Source: Anthoceros angustus | Taxonomy: Eukaryota; Plantae; Anthocerotophyta | Assembly: GCA_010909165.1 (NCBI GenBank) | Contig: MU008154.1 | Coordinates: 857,478-921,477, forward strand | Direction of reading: 5' to 3' | Length of the DNA: 64,000 bases | Part shown: one piece after another, positions 50,761 to 63,000 of the stretch | Position numbering within the stretch: the stretch's first letter is position 1 | Layout of the letters: each line of letters begins with the position of its first letter | The notes under the pieces: model-generated | Told to the model about the DNA's origin: nothing | The model's input: only the letters and a program-made list of their open reading frames with translations | Database searches by the model: none | Program-made: the position numbers and the translations under genes

Positions 50761-53700
50761 CCGTTCAACATACTCGTCGAAAGAGTACTACCACCAAAGC
50801 TATAGAACTTTCTTGAAAGACGTGCAACGTTGAAGAGCAAAAAGCCCTAACAAAACTAGTAGCTGTTGTACTGGCACTCATGAATCCTCATCTCTCCAAG
50901 GAGGAGCTCAAGAGGAAGAGGGACGTTGAGACAACACGCATCCATATCACAACGTGTGACGGGGAGTGTCCACGAAAGGTTGCACGCCGGCGCGAAAGCT
51001 GTACGCAACCTAACTCGAAAGTATCAGGCGAATCAACCCTCGCACATGTGGATGAAGCAGCGAGTGCCGCAAGGGAAGCATCAGTATCATGAGATGATGG
51101 CAAGTGGTGCCAAGATCAAAACCAAAGAACTTCAAGCAAAGATGGCGAGAATCGATTGTCCTCAAAGTTGACCTAAGCTCATCTTCACCGAAAGAAAGCA
51201 AGTGCAACGAGGAGGACGAACTCAACAACACCCTCCGCTCGCCCAAGACTACTACGGGGAGTAGTTGGTGCTATTAACCCTATCGCGACGAGTCCAAGGG
51301 CTCGAGGAGAAGTTGATGAAGAGGAAGGGAGAAGTCACGAAAAACCAAAAGTCATTGAAGCTAAGAAAAGAGGCCAAGGCCGAATGCGCGTGACAGAAGT
51401 AGAGTTGGTGGGTAGCTAGCAATTTAGCATCCATTGCAATGTATACATTTGGTGCAAGTTTACGCATAACTATGTAACGGACCAAGTTTGCACCAAGTAC
51501 CTACATGTTGGGCAACTACTTGGGAGCGATCGAGAGGTGAGATGTACGAGGCGGCCGTATGTCAATGTTCTTGGCTATGGGCTCGGTTGTGCACTTTATA
51601 GCACGATCCGCCTTGATTAGTTCTTGCCCAAATTGCATATGTATGCCTTCTAAGAAACGTCCAACCCCACGGATCCCTAAAGCCTAAGCCCCTGCACTCA
51701 CTTGATGATGACGCGTGCTGGCCGACGATATTTTCACGACCCTTCTCGAAAGTGATCTCCAAAGAACAAGGAACTTTTGCACGTACACATTAGGATGATT
51801 GATTAGTGTCAAAAAGGCTTTATGAGCAAATGATTTGGAGGGTTCGACATCCAAGGAGAGTTCTCCGATCGGGGACTATATATATGGAGGGCATTCATTG
51901 TTCGTACTAGATTGTGGAACCAAACCAAGTGCCGCTCAACATACTCGCCGAAGAGTACTACCACCAAAGCTATAGAACCTTCTTGACAGACGTGCAACGT
52001 TGAAGGGCAAAAAGCCCTTACCAAACTAGTAGCTGTAATCGGCACTCATGAATCCTCATCTCTCCAAGGAGGAGCTCAAGAGGAAGAGCGGTTAAGATAA
52101 CACATCCATATCGCAACGTGTCGTGGGAGCGCCCACGAAAGGTTGCACGCCGAAAGTTGTACGCAACCTAACTCGAAAGTATCGTAATCAACCTCGCACA
52201 TGTGGATGAAGCAGCGAGTGCCGCAAGGGAAGCACTGTATCATGAGATGATGGCAAGTGGTGCCAAGATCAAAACCAAAGAACTTCAAGCACGTGCAGCA
52301 TGGCGAGAATCGATTGTCCTCAAAGTTGACCTAAGCAGCTCATCTTCAGCTGAAAGAAAGCAAGTGCAACGAGGAGGACGAACTCAACAACACCCTCGGG
52401 GGCTCCAAGACTACTACAGTGGGAGTAGTTGGTGCTATTAACCCTATCGCGACGAGTCCAAGGGCTCGAGGAGAAGTTGATGAAGAGGAAGGGAGAAGTC
52501 ACGAAAAACCAAAAGCTGTTGCGGAAGCTAAGAAAAGAGGCCAAGGCCGAATGCGCGTACAGGAAGTAGAGTTGGTGGGTAGCTAGCAATTTAGCATCCA
52601 TTGCAATGTATACATTTGGTGCAAGTTTACGCATAACTATGTAACGGCAGACCAAGTTTGCACCAAGTACCTACATGTTGGGCAACTACTTGGGAGCGAT
52701 CGAGACTGGGTGAGATGTACGAGAGCGGCCGTATGTCAATGTTCTTGGCTATGGGCTCGGTTGTGCCGCACTTTATAGCACGCATCTGCCCCTTGATTAG
52801 TTCTTGCCCAAATTGCATATGTATGCCTTCTAAGAAACGTCAACCTCTACGGATCCCCTAAAGCCTAAGCCCCGTACCCTCACGGTGATGATGACGTGCG
52901 TTGGCCGCACGATATTTTTCACGGCACCCCTTCGAAAGTGATCTCCAAAGAACAAGGAACTTTTTGCACGTACACATTAGGATGATTGATTAGTGTCAAA
53001 AAAGGCTTTATGAGCAAATGATTTGGAGGGTTCGACATCCAAGGAGAGTTCTCCCGATCGGGGACTATATATATGGAGGGCATTCATTGTTCGTACTAGA
53101 TTGTGGAACCAAACCAAGTGCCGCTCAACATACTCGTCGAAGAGTACTACCACCAAAGCTATAGAACCTTCTTGACAGACGTGCAACGTTGAAGGGCAAA
53201 AAGCCCTTACCAAACTAGTAGTCTTACGGCACTCATGAATCCTCATCTCCAAGGAGGAGCTCAAGAGGAAGAGCGTTAAGATAACACACATCCATATCGC
53301 AACGTGTCGTGGGAGCGCCCACGAAAGGTTGCACGGCCGAAAGTTGTACGCAACCTAACTCGAAAGTATCAGTAATCAACCGTCGCACATGTGGATGAAG
53401 GAGCGAGTGCCGCAAGGGAAGCATCAGTATCATGAGTCACAAGTTAGCCCTAACATTTAGAGGTTTTAGAGGTGAACTCCTGCATGTGCAACTTTGTCAA
53501 TTTTGGTGGAGCCATGGAGATCACCCTAGATTGCTTCCAACAATCACCCACACCCAAATTGTTTTGTATGATGTTTGGGCCCGTTGTCGATGAACATGAT
53601 CAAAATACACAACGGACTTCTTAACCCTAAATTTTTCCTCCTCCTTTTGAAACCGGACATTCGGTTCTAGCAAGCATTGTCAATGGTTTGCAAGAAGTGA

Positions 53701-54870
53701 AAACCGGAAACCTCGATTTTGGAGCCATGTCCTATTAGTGAAGGAGGTTTCATTCGTAAATAAGGAGGTTTGGATATTCACCCCTTCAAACAATAGCAAG
53801 TTATTGTCCTCAATGATAGCCTGTAACAAGGGATCCACAATCTTTCTCCACTCCTAGTGAAAGGTCCACACAACGAAGCCACCAAGCTTACTTATAATTA
53901 GGTGTGGAGTCCTCAACTCATCATACGAGAGTCTCATCGCTCAAAAGCCCCTCGTGCACTCCGCATACAAAACACCAAACCGAGCCTTGTCACCTAGGCT
54001 ACTATCACACCCCTACGAACATCATATTGCCCAAGTGGTGACCAACTTCACTCATCCGGATCCGTGAACTTTTGTGCGAGTGCACGAAGGGCTTGCTCAA
54101 GGTAGGGCGAGCTGGTCATGGACCAACCCGAGTAGGGACATGGAGTATTCTCGCACGCTAAGGAGAGGTCGTGGTATCTAGTTGCTAGCGGAGGCTTGGA
54201 CGTGTGGACCCGGAGGTTGGAGAGATGCCTATACAATCACCTACGTAGAATGAACTAACGATGTTCCTTGGGAAGACCCTTATGTCTAAGGGGTTCCCAA
54301 GGAACATCCACTAGCCTATGGTGGATGGATCGTGAGTTTGGTCATTTGGGTGACTTCACATTGCGACAACTTCGGTGACAATTGCAACAATAATTATACA
54401 TCTACACATCAAATTTACCGTATGTAGCAATTAGTGAAGTTTCGAGAGTGAATTATTTATTGAGAAAAGAAAAGACGGAAAAATTTTCTTTTTTCAAATT
54501 TCTTCCCCTATATTACATGTGATTTGCGTCTTTAAAGTAATCTACGCTTTTTAGCTTGTTCAGCAATAAGAGAATTTTGAGCTTCCCTCGCAAGCGTTTT
54601 CTTATTTTTGGACCCCTTTGGACGTCCCCGGCGTTTTTTGCCTTGTTCTATTGTAATGGCGGTAGAAGTAGCCTGTGCAACAAGGCCCTTTTTGCCTTCT
54701 TCTATTGCCTTTGGCGGTAGAAGTAGTGCATCAAGGCTTTTTGCCTTCTCCTCGTGTAATGGTCAGGAGTGGCCTGCGGCAAGGCCGTTTACATTCTTCT
54801 CAGTAATGGCGAGAAGCGCCTTTGCTGACGCCTTTTCCGCCTTCTTCTACGAGAAGTGGTAGAAGTAATT
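50761..54870. repeat. Decayed repeat array: ~1.17-kb unit A (x2 plus a partial) followed by ~1.4-kb segment X
   Basis: Marker GCAACCTAACTCGAAAGTATC occurs at ~51005, 52163 and 53350. Segment X spans 53435-54870. Confidence 0.9.
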
Positions 54871-55106
54871 TTTGATTTTGGGATTCTTTTGATAGACGGG
54901 TATTGATTTTGCTTCCATTAATGCGTCATGGTGATGGATTGTGGAATTTATCGTCAATTCTTGTCCTTGCGCTTTGTAAGCGTAATCAAGATTATCATTC
55001 GTGCACCACTTAAGACACTTATGCGTGATGCAAGTCTCGTTATTGGAGGAGGATTCACCGCTTTCGCCTTGGGTAGCCTCGACATCATGATCATTGTGGT
55101 GTACAT
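54546..55106 (-). pseudogene. Degenerate exon encoding ~19-aa repeats followed by an AT-hook
   Basis: Minus strand 54642-54601 reads GKKRRGRPKGSKNK, preceded by ATSTAITxEEGKKGLxAQ-like repeats. It has plausible AG and GT boundaries but internal frameshifts. Confidence 0.55.
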
Positions 55107-55969
55107 CTGCGTTTACAAATATTAATAGTCATGTTAAGAAAATCATAGACTTCAACTCATTCAATAATTTTGTATCGACTTATCTATCTATCCACATAAT
55201 AAAGAAGGAGCATTAGAAAAACTAAAACTATTATTGATAAAAATTTTAATTCTTTTCCAAGGCTTTTGCTTGAGCAAGATACTCTATTCCAAGACTTTGT
55301 AGAAATTTGTAAGATAAATTCAAGTTCAACTGTTTCATCATCATAGGGAAGTTGAACGACCGACACCAATCGATTCCTTGTCGTGGAATTCAAAATAATG
55401 TATATCACACAATTCCTCTTCCAACTTCGAGGCTTGATCATTTGCCATCTTCAAGCCATTGTCATCTTCCATCTTTGAGCCACTATTATCTTGTATCTTC
55501 AAGCTATTATAATTTTCCATTGATCTTGGAAACACAATTATCTTCAAGGTTGTTCACTCTTTTGTGCATTTATAATCTCCGAAAAGTAGTTCTCAAAATG
55601 GGAGACTTGCTTTTAGGTTAAGTTAAGTGGTATTGCACAAATAATCAGTTTAAATTCTTTATCTCCCTCTCCTTTGGCCAATAAAATGACTAATCAGCCA
55701 ATTTTTTCTCAATAAAATTATAAATTGTTTGTAGCTTAAGTAACACCCTTTCTAGGGCAGCACCACAGTGAGACGTGGCAAAGATCACAAGATAGGCATG
55801 CCTTTCTCGCTACTCCCTAGACTCAAGATAAAGCTTCAAGCTAGCTCTCACAATGCTCTAAGCAATGTCTCGTGAAAGCCTCTCAAGCTCTAAGGATTTG
55901 CCCTTTTATATCCCGCAAGCTCCTCTCATCTAGGCAATGCTAAATACAATGTCGTGCCACTTAGATAGC

Positions 55970-56400
55970 TACTAATAAGCTCGCCCCATTTGGATAGCTA
56001 ACAAGTTCGCCCCATTTGGATAGCTATTAACAAGCTTGCCCCATTTGGGTAGCTATTAGTTCGCCCCATTTGGGTAGCTACAAACAAGCTCCCCCATTTG
56101 AGTAGCTACAACAAGCTCCCATTTGAGTGGCTAATAATAAGCTCGCCCTATTTGAGTAGCTACAAACAAGCTCGTCCCATTTGGGTAGCTAATAACAAGT
56201 TCGACCCATTTGGGTAGCTACAAACAAGCTCGTCCCATTTGGGTAGCTAACAAGTTCGTCCCATTTGGGTAGCTACAAACAAGCTCCCATTTGGGTAGCT
56301 AATAACAAGTTCCCCATTTGGGTAGCTACAAACAAGCTCGTCCCATTTGGGTAGCTAATAAGCTCGCCCTATTTGGGTAGCTACTAACAAGGTCACCCAA
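55970..56400 (+). repeat. ~27-bp minisatellite (~15 units)
   Basis: GCTCG(C/T)CCCATTTGGGTAGCTA(C/A)...AACAA units, with no unique spacers. Confidence 0.9.
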
Positions 56401-56639
56401 TCTATATCCAATCGCTATCTTTGGGATCTCATGCAACTTCTCGTTGCAATTAAGGTTAGCATGCATGCAACCTCATCTCAACATGACTAACATGAATATA
56501 ATAATATTTGAAGCGACTGAATATTCAAGCCTCTTTTGGTAGAATCGAGCTTCCAAAAAATTGCACAATAACTAAATTACAATTTTAGGCAATTTTTACA
56601 TGAGGCAATGGGTATTAGTTATCGAGATCTAGAATTTTC

Positions 56640-57530
56640 TAGGTAGCTAGCAATTTAAGATCCATTGCAATGTATACATTTGGTCCAAGTTTGCATAACT
56701 ATGTAACGCGGACCAAGTTTGAACTAAGTACCTCCTGGGCACTACTTGGAATCGATCGCCCTTTGGGTGAGACGACGAGAGCGGCCGTATGTCAACGTTT
56801 CTAGCTATTGGTTGGTTTTGCGAACTTTATAACACACATCCATCCCTTGATTAGTTCTTGCCCAAACTTCATATGCGTACCTGCTAAGAAACGTCAACCT
56901 TTACGGACCCCTAAAGCCTAAGCCCTGTACCATCACGGTGATGATGACGTGCGTTGGCCGCGTGATATTTTCACAGCACCCCTTGAAAGTGATCCCCAAA
57001 GAACAAGGAACTTTTGCATGTACACATTAGGATGATTGATTAGTGGCAAAAGGGCTTTATGAACAAATGATTTGGAGGGTTCGACATCCAAGGAGAGTTA
57101 TCCTGATCGGGGACTATATATATGGAGGGCATTCATTTTTCGTACTAGATTGTGGAACCAAACCAAGTGCTGCTCAACATATGTACTCGTCGAAAAGTAC
57201 TACCACCAAAGCTATAAAACTTCTTGAAAGACGTACAACGTTGAAGAGCAAAAGCCCTAACAAAACTAGTAGCTGTTGTACGGGCATTCATGAATCCCCA
57301 TCTCTGCAAGGAGGAGCTCAAAAGGAAGAGGAAGTTGAGACAACACGCATCCATAGCGCAACGGTGACGGGAGCGTCCACCAAAGGTGTACGCAACCTAA
57401 CTCGAAAGTATCAGGCGAATCAATCCTCGCACATGTGGATGAAGCAACGAGTGCCGCAAGGCAAGCATTGTATCATGAGATGATGGCAAGTGGTGCCAAG
57501 ATCAAAACCAAAAGAACTTCAAGCTCGTGT
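56640..57530. repeat. More diverged copy of unit A
   Basis: Marker at ~57392, with more substitutions than the other copies. Confidence 0.85.
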
Positions 57531-57539
57531 AGCGCGAGA

Positions 57540-59390
57540 GCAAGCTTAAGGCGAGGCGCCGAGCTGTGAGATACAACGTTTGTGAAAGTGGGGCCTGAAA
57601 TAAGTGGAGTCTGCAACAGTGTAACGGTTTGGAGATCAGCAACCTGGACATAAATGTCCAGAATGAGAGTACGCTTAGCAATAGCAAATTCGATCGCCAG
57701 TGAAAGACTGAGCATCGGGCCAAAAGAATCGCCCTGTCCCTAGGCATCCGTTGCTCTTCAACACTTGTTGGTGAAGACGGAGCCTCATCCTCAAAGGGAG
57801 TACCACCGGTCGTACTCGCTGAAAGCATCTTTCAGGGTCAGAGCCTCCAACAATGTTTCAGGGTAGCCAATAAATCCAGGTGAAGGATCATTTCATCCCA
57901 GTCCGTTCACCAACGGCGCATCTAAGACACGTGCGCGTGCACAGAAGTTAAATCCTGTGTCAGGATGCATGTAGTCCATCCTGCAAGCGGTATCAAATCT
58001 GGAGCTCGGGGACTGTGAATGCAGCAATGTTACCTTGTCTCTGCTGCCCACAGGACCTCTTTTGTTGCATTTGACTGTTGTGATGCCGGCCCACTCCAGC
58101 GCTGGTGCAGGAGGTCATGGTGCTTCCTGCGTGCAAACGCCTTGGAAGCGAATTAGTCGTGTCTCTGAGAGAAAATGATCTCGCCTGTCTGGAAGAGACT
58201 TGGCCGAGGCCAGCCAACAAGAGCAGCAGCCAGACGATGGGATAGGGGACCGTGTCCCGCTCAATGAGCCGTCCGTGACGTAGTTCTGTTGAAGCTGCAG
58301 GCTCTTGCAGCCCCTTCCACCCCTTCAGCGGCTGGAAGTTCGCCCTGAACAGGATGCTTCGGCTGCCGGTTTCCGAAGCTAGCCTGAGAACACGCAATGG
58401 TGGAATTGCTTGGAGCATCGTATGGGTGCTGCTGCCCCAGAGCTGGGAGCGCAATTTCAGACTCGCGTGCCCACACCAGAAGCCTGTCCCGGGGATACAT
58501 CCTTTTAGCAAGTTGATGGCGCCTGGGGACTGTGAGGGCCCTGCAACGTTACCTGTCTCTCCTGCCCACAGCACCCTTCTCTGCTGCATTTGCCGGCCTT
58601 GCCCAGCCATCCAGCAGACCACCTGGAGTGGGAGATGCTGTTAGAGGAGCTCCGATTCCGAAGGCTGCTTCCGATTCTCAGCTTGGGATTCTAAACTGCA
58701 GGAATGGAGATTTCTCAACAAAACAAGGAACACGTTGCGAGAACGACAAACCCTAAACCCATGTCTGGCTCCTTGTATTCCTTTGGCGGCCTGGTACCAT
58801 CTTGTTGCTCACTGCCAGTTCGTTGGTTCACAACGGGTAAATTTGACTAGCTTTGCTCTCCCTTCCAAATATCAGGTTGATGTCGAATGTGACTGGAGGA
58901 TCATGACCCTGCTTCTGGAACCCGGAAAGTGTGTATACAATGCTGATGCTCCTGAGGAGGGAACGGTCTGTGTTGAAGAAACGCGTCCCACAGGCATTCT
59001 CATGCATGTAAGAGTAAGGATAAGGTGGCTGTAACAGGCATCCACTACCAGTTTCAGTTACTTTGTCTCCTAATACAAATGGCTCGCCCGCTACATACAG
59101 ATCGCAGATGGCATGTTGCTGCACAAGGGCATCACTAGTCTGGCTGCGAACCGGTTTGCAGAGAGGAGATCAAGCCCTGATCACCTGAGCTGCAGCCATA
59201 TCCCTTGTCGATTTATTGCCCTAATTCCTTCCTCGATGCAGTTTGAAGCTCTGGTTCTGCGATTCAGAGCTGTACCCTCACCGAATCGTTCCTAGGAAAG
59301 TTCTCGAATTCTCTGCTTTGCAGCTGGCATGCATGCGTGCCAATGTGGTTCACCAACAGGATTCCGACTAACCGCCGGTTAGTGCTGGTT
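57540..59390 (+). pseudogene. Unidentified, partly decayed spliced gene
   Basis: Two in-phase AG/GT-bounded exons (~58701-58824 EWRFLNKTRNTL...; ~58876-59007 VDVECDWRIMTLLLEPGK...) and a probable third at ~59101. The upstream part has stops and frameshifts. Confidence 0.35.
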
Positions 59391-59689
59391 AGCCGGACAC
59401 TCACTTGCACTCATTTCCAGTTTTGCGAAAAAGCCGTTGGCAATGGATCCTCACCCGGATACTTCTTTTGATAAATTTCCATCTTATACCCAACATGTGC
59501 ATAGTATATAATATAGTAGTTTATATCATTTTCATCATTTATCTTTACCTTGAATCTTAGTAGTGAACTTCACTTATTAGGGAAGATTGAAGTTGAAATC
59601 ATATTCATCAATATTTATATTAATTATAATTTAATTTAATATTGATCTAAAAATTAAATGCTATATGTCATGGGCTGGCACGAAGGCTT

Positions 59690-60090
59690 ACCCGTGATGT
59701 CGAACAGCATGGCTTTCAGAAAAAAGGATTGGATGAGGCATTGCTTATATTGCAAAGTTCTTGTTGACGAAATAATACGTCGGCATCAAGATGCATTGTA
59801 TACTCGAATCAACAACTGCAGATGAGGTATAAGAGCTAGTAAGAGATGTTTATATGCAAAGATATGACATTCTCAATATACTTACAAGTTGAAGTTGGTG
59901 AATGGAAGTTAGCCGGATGATGCCACATCGGTGTCATTATGGTTGGAGCAAAATACGCCTATAGTCTTCCACCAATCAAGCGAGAATCAATCTTCGCTTT
60001 GGGTATTCAAACTCCTTTTATGTTAAATTGCATGGTGCTTTATGGAATGGTAATGTGCTAGTGGATGCAACTTTTGGGTTGAACAAGCAC
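59690..60090 (+). mobile_element. MULE (Mutator-like) transposase fragment
   Basis: Frameshifted motifs DDATSVSLWLEQN, FALGIQTPFMLNCMVLYG and VDATFGLNKH match the plant MULE/SWIM transposase region around the first catalytic Asp. Confidence 0.75.
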
Positions 60091-63000
60091 GGATCCCCAA
60101 AGCCTAAGCCCGTACCCTCACGGTGATGATGACGCGGCGTTGGTCAGACGATATTTTCACAAAGACCCCGCGAAAGTGATCCCCAAAGAACAAGGAACTT
60201 TTGCACGCATACATTAGGATGATTGATTAGTGGCAAAAGGCTTTATGTCAAATGATTTGGAGGGTTCGACATCCAAGGAGAGTTCTCCCGATCGGGACTA
60301 TATATATGGAGGGCATTCATTGTACGTATTAGATTGTGGAACCAAACCAAGCGTGCTCAACATACTCGCCGAAAGAGTACTACCACGAGTTATAGAACTT
60401 TCTTGAAAGGCGTGCAACGTTGAAGAGCAAAAGCCTAACAAAACTAGTAGAATCACTGGCACTCATGAATCCTCATCTCCAAGGAGGAGCTCAAGAGGAA
60501 GAGGAAGTTGAGACAACACGCATCCATATCGCAACGCAGACGGAGTGTCCACGAAAGGTTGCACGCCGCGAAAGTCAGACGCAACCTAACTCGAAAGTAT
60601 CAGCGAATCAACCTCGCACATGTGGATGAAGCGAGTGCCGCAAGGGAAGCATCAGATCATGAGATGATGGCAAGTGGTGCCAAGATCAAAACCAAAGAAC
60701 TTCAAGCACGTGCGACGGCGAGAATCGATTGTCCTCAAAGTTGACCTAAGCTCATCTTCACCGAAAGAAAGCAAGTGCAACGAGGAGGACGAACTCAACA
60801 ACACCCTGCTGCTCGCTCCAAGACTACTACGGGGAGTAGTTGGTGCTATTAACCCTATCGCGACGAGTCCAAGGGCTCGAGGAGAAGTTGATGAAGAGGA
60901 AGGGAGAAGTCACGAAAACCAAAAGTCATTGCGGAAGCTAAGAAAAGAGGCCAAGGCCGAATGCGTCTGAGAAGTAGAGTTGGTGGGTAGCTAGCAATTT
61001 AACATACATTGCAATGTATACATTTGGTGCAAGTTTACGCATAACTATGTAACGGACCAAGTTTGAACTAAGTACCTACATGTTGGGCAACTACTTGGGA
61101 GCGATCGAGGGGTGAGATGTACGAGGCGGCCGTATGTCAATGTTCTTGGCTATGGGCTCGGTTGTGCCGCACTTTATAACACGATCCGCCCCTTGATTAG
61201 TTCTTGCCCAAATTGCATATGTATGCCTTCTAAGAAACGTCAACCTCTACGGATCCCCTAAAGCCTAAGCCCCGTACCCTCACGGTGATGATGACGTCGT
61301 TGGCGCACGATATTTTCACGCACCTTGAAAGTGATCCCCAAAGAACAAGGAACTTTTGCACGTACATTAGGATGATTGATTAGTGTCAAAAAGGCTTTAT
61401 GAGCAAATGATTTGGAGGGTTCGACATCCAAGGAGAGTTCTCCGATCGGGACTATATATATGGAGGGCATTCATTGTTCGTACTAGATTGTGGAACCAAA
61501 CCAAGTGCCGCTCAACATACTCGTCGAAAGAGTACTACCACCAAAGCTATAGAACCTTCTTGACAGACGTGCAACGTTGAAGGGCAAAAGCCCTTACCAA
61601 ACTAGTAGCTATGCGGGCACTCATGAATCCTCATCTCTCCAAGGAGGAGCTCAAGAGGAAGAGCGGTTAAGATAACACACATCCATATCGCATAGCGTGT
61701 CGGGGAGGCGTCCACGAAAGGTTGCGCCGAAAGTTGTACGCAACCTAACTCGAAAGTATCAAAGAATCAACCGTCGCACATGTGGATGAAGGAGCGAGTG
61801 CCGCAAGGGAAGCCTTGTATCATGAGTCACAAGTTAGCCCTAACATTTAGAGGTTTTAGAGGTGAACTCCTGCATGTGCAACTTTGTCAATTTTGGTGGA
61901 GCCTTACAGGATCATCCCTAGATTGCTTCCAGTCAATTTTGTACCACACCCAAATTGCTTTGTATGATGTTTGGGCCCGTTGTCGGTATGAACATGATCA
62001 AAATACACGGACTTCTTAACCCTAAATTTTTCCTCCTCCTTTTGAAAACCGGACATTCATTCTAGCAAGCATTGTCAATGGTTTGCAAGAAGTGAAAACC
62101 GAAACCTCGATTTTGGAGCCATGTCCTATTAGTGAAGGAGGTTTCATTCGTAAATAAGGAGGTTTGGATATTCACCCCTTCAAACAATAGCAAGTTATTG
62201 TCCTCAATGATAGCTGTAACAAGGGATCCACAATCTTTCTCCACTCCTAGTGAAAGGTCCACACAACGAAGCCACCAAGCTTACTTATAATTAGGTGTGG
62301 AGTCCTCAACTCATCATCGAGAGTCTCCTCGCTCAAAAGCCCTCGTGCACTCCGCATACAAAACACCAAACCGAGCCTTGTCACCTAGGCTACTATCACA
62401 CCCCTACGAACATCATATTGCCCAAGTGGTGACCAACTTCACTCATCCGGATCCGTGAACTTTGTGTGCGAGTGCGAAGGGCTTGCTCAAGGTAGGAGGG
62501 CGAGCTGGTCATGGACCAACCCGAGTAGGGACATGGAGTATTCTGCACGCTAAGGAGAGGTCGTGGTATCTAGTTGCTAGCGGAGGCTTGGACGTGTGGA
62601 CCCGGAGGTTGGAGAGATGCCTATACAATCACCTATGTAGAATGAACTAACGATGTTCCTTGGGGAAGACCCTTATGTCTAAGGGGTTCCCAAGGAACAT
62701 CCACTAGCCTATGGTGGATGGACTGTGAGTTTGGTCATTTGGGTGACTTCACATTAAGCGACAACCGGTGACAATTGCAACAATAATTATACATCTACAC
62801 ATCAAATTTACCGTATGTAGCAATTAGTGAAGTTTCTAGAGTGAATTATTTATTGAGAAAAGAAAAGACGGAAAAATTTTCTTTTTTCAAATTTCTTCCC
62901 TATATTACATGTGATTTGCGTCTTTAAAGTAATCTACGCTTTTAGCTTGTTCAAGAATAAGAGAATTTTGAGCTTCCTCTCAAGCGTTTTCTTATTTTTG

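Noticed and set aside
51010-52290. PHD finger or integrase assignment for minus-strand fragments of the array
   Set aside because: Cys/His spacing is imperfect, frames differ between copies, and the opposite strand looks equally protein-like. Kept only as a hint.
55970-56400. CRISPR-like appearance of short repeat arrays (also 23820-24160 and 10060-10650)
   Set aside because: Head-to-tail degenerate minisatellites without unique spacers, in a eukaryotic context with no cas genes.
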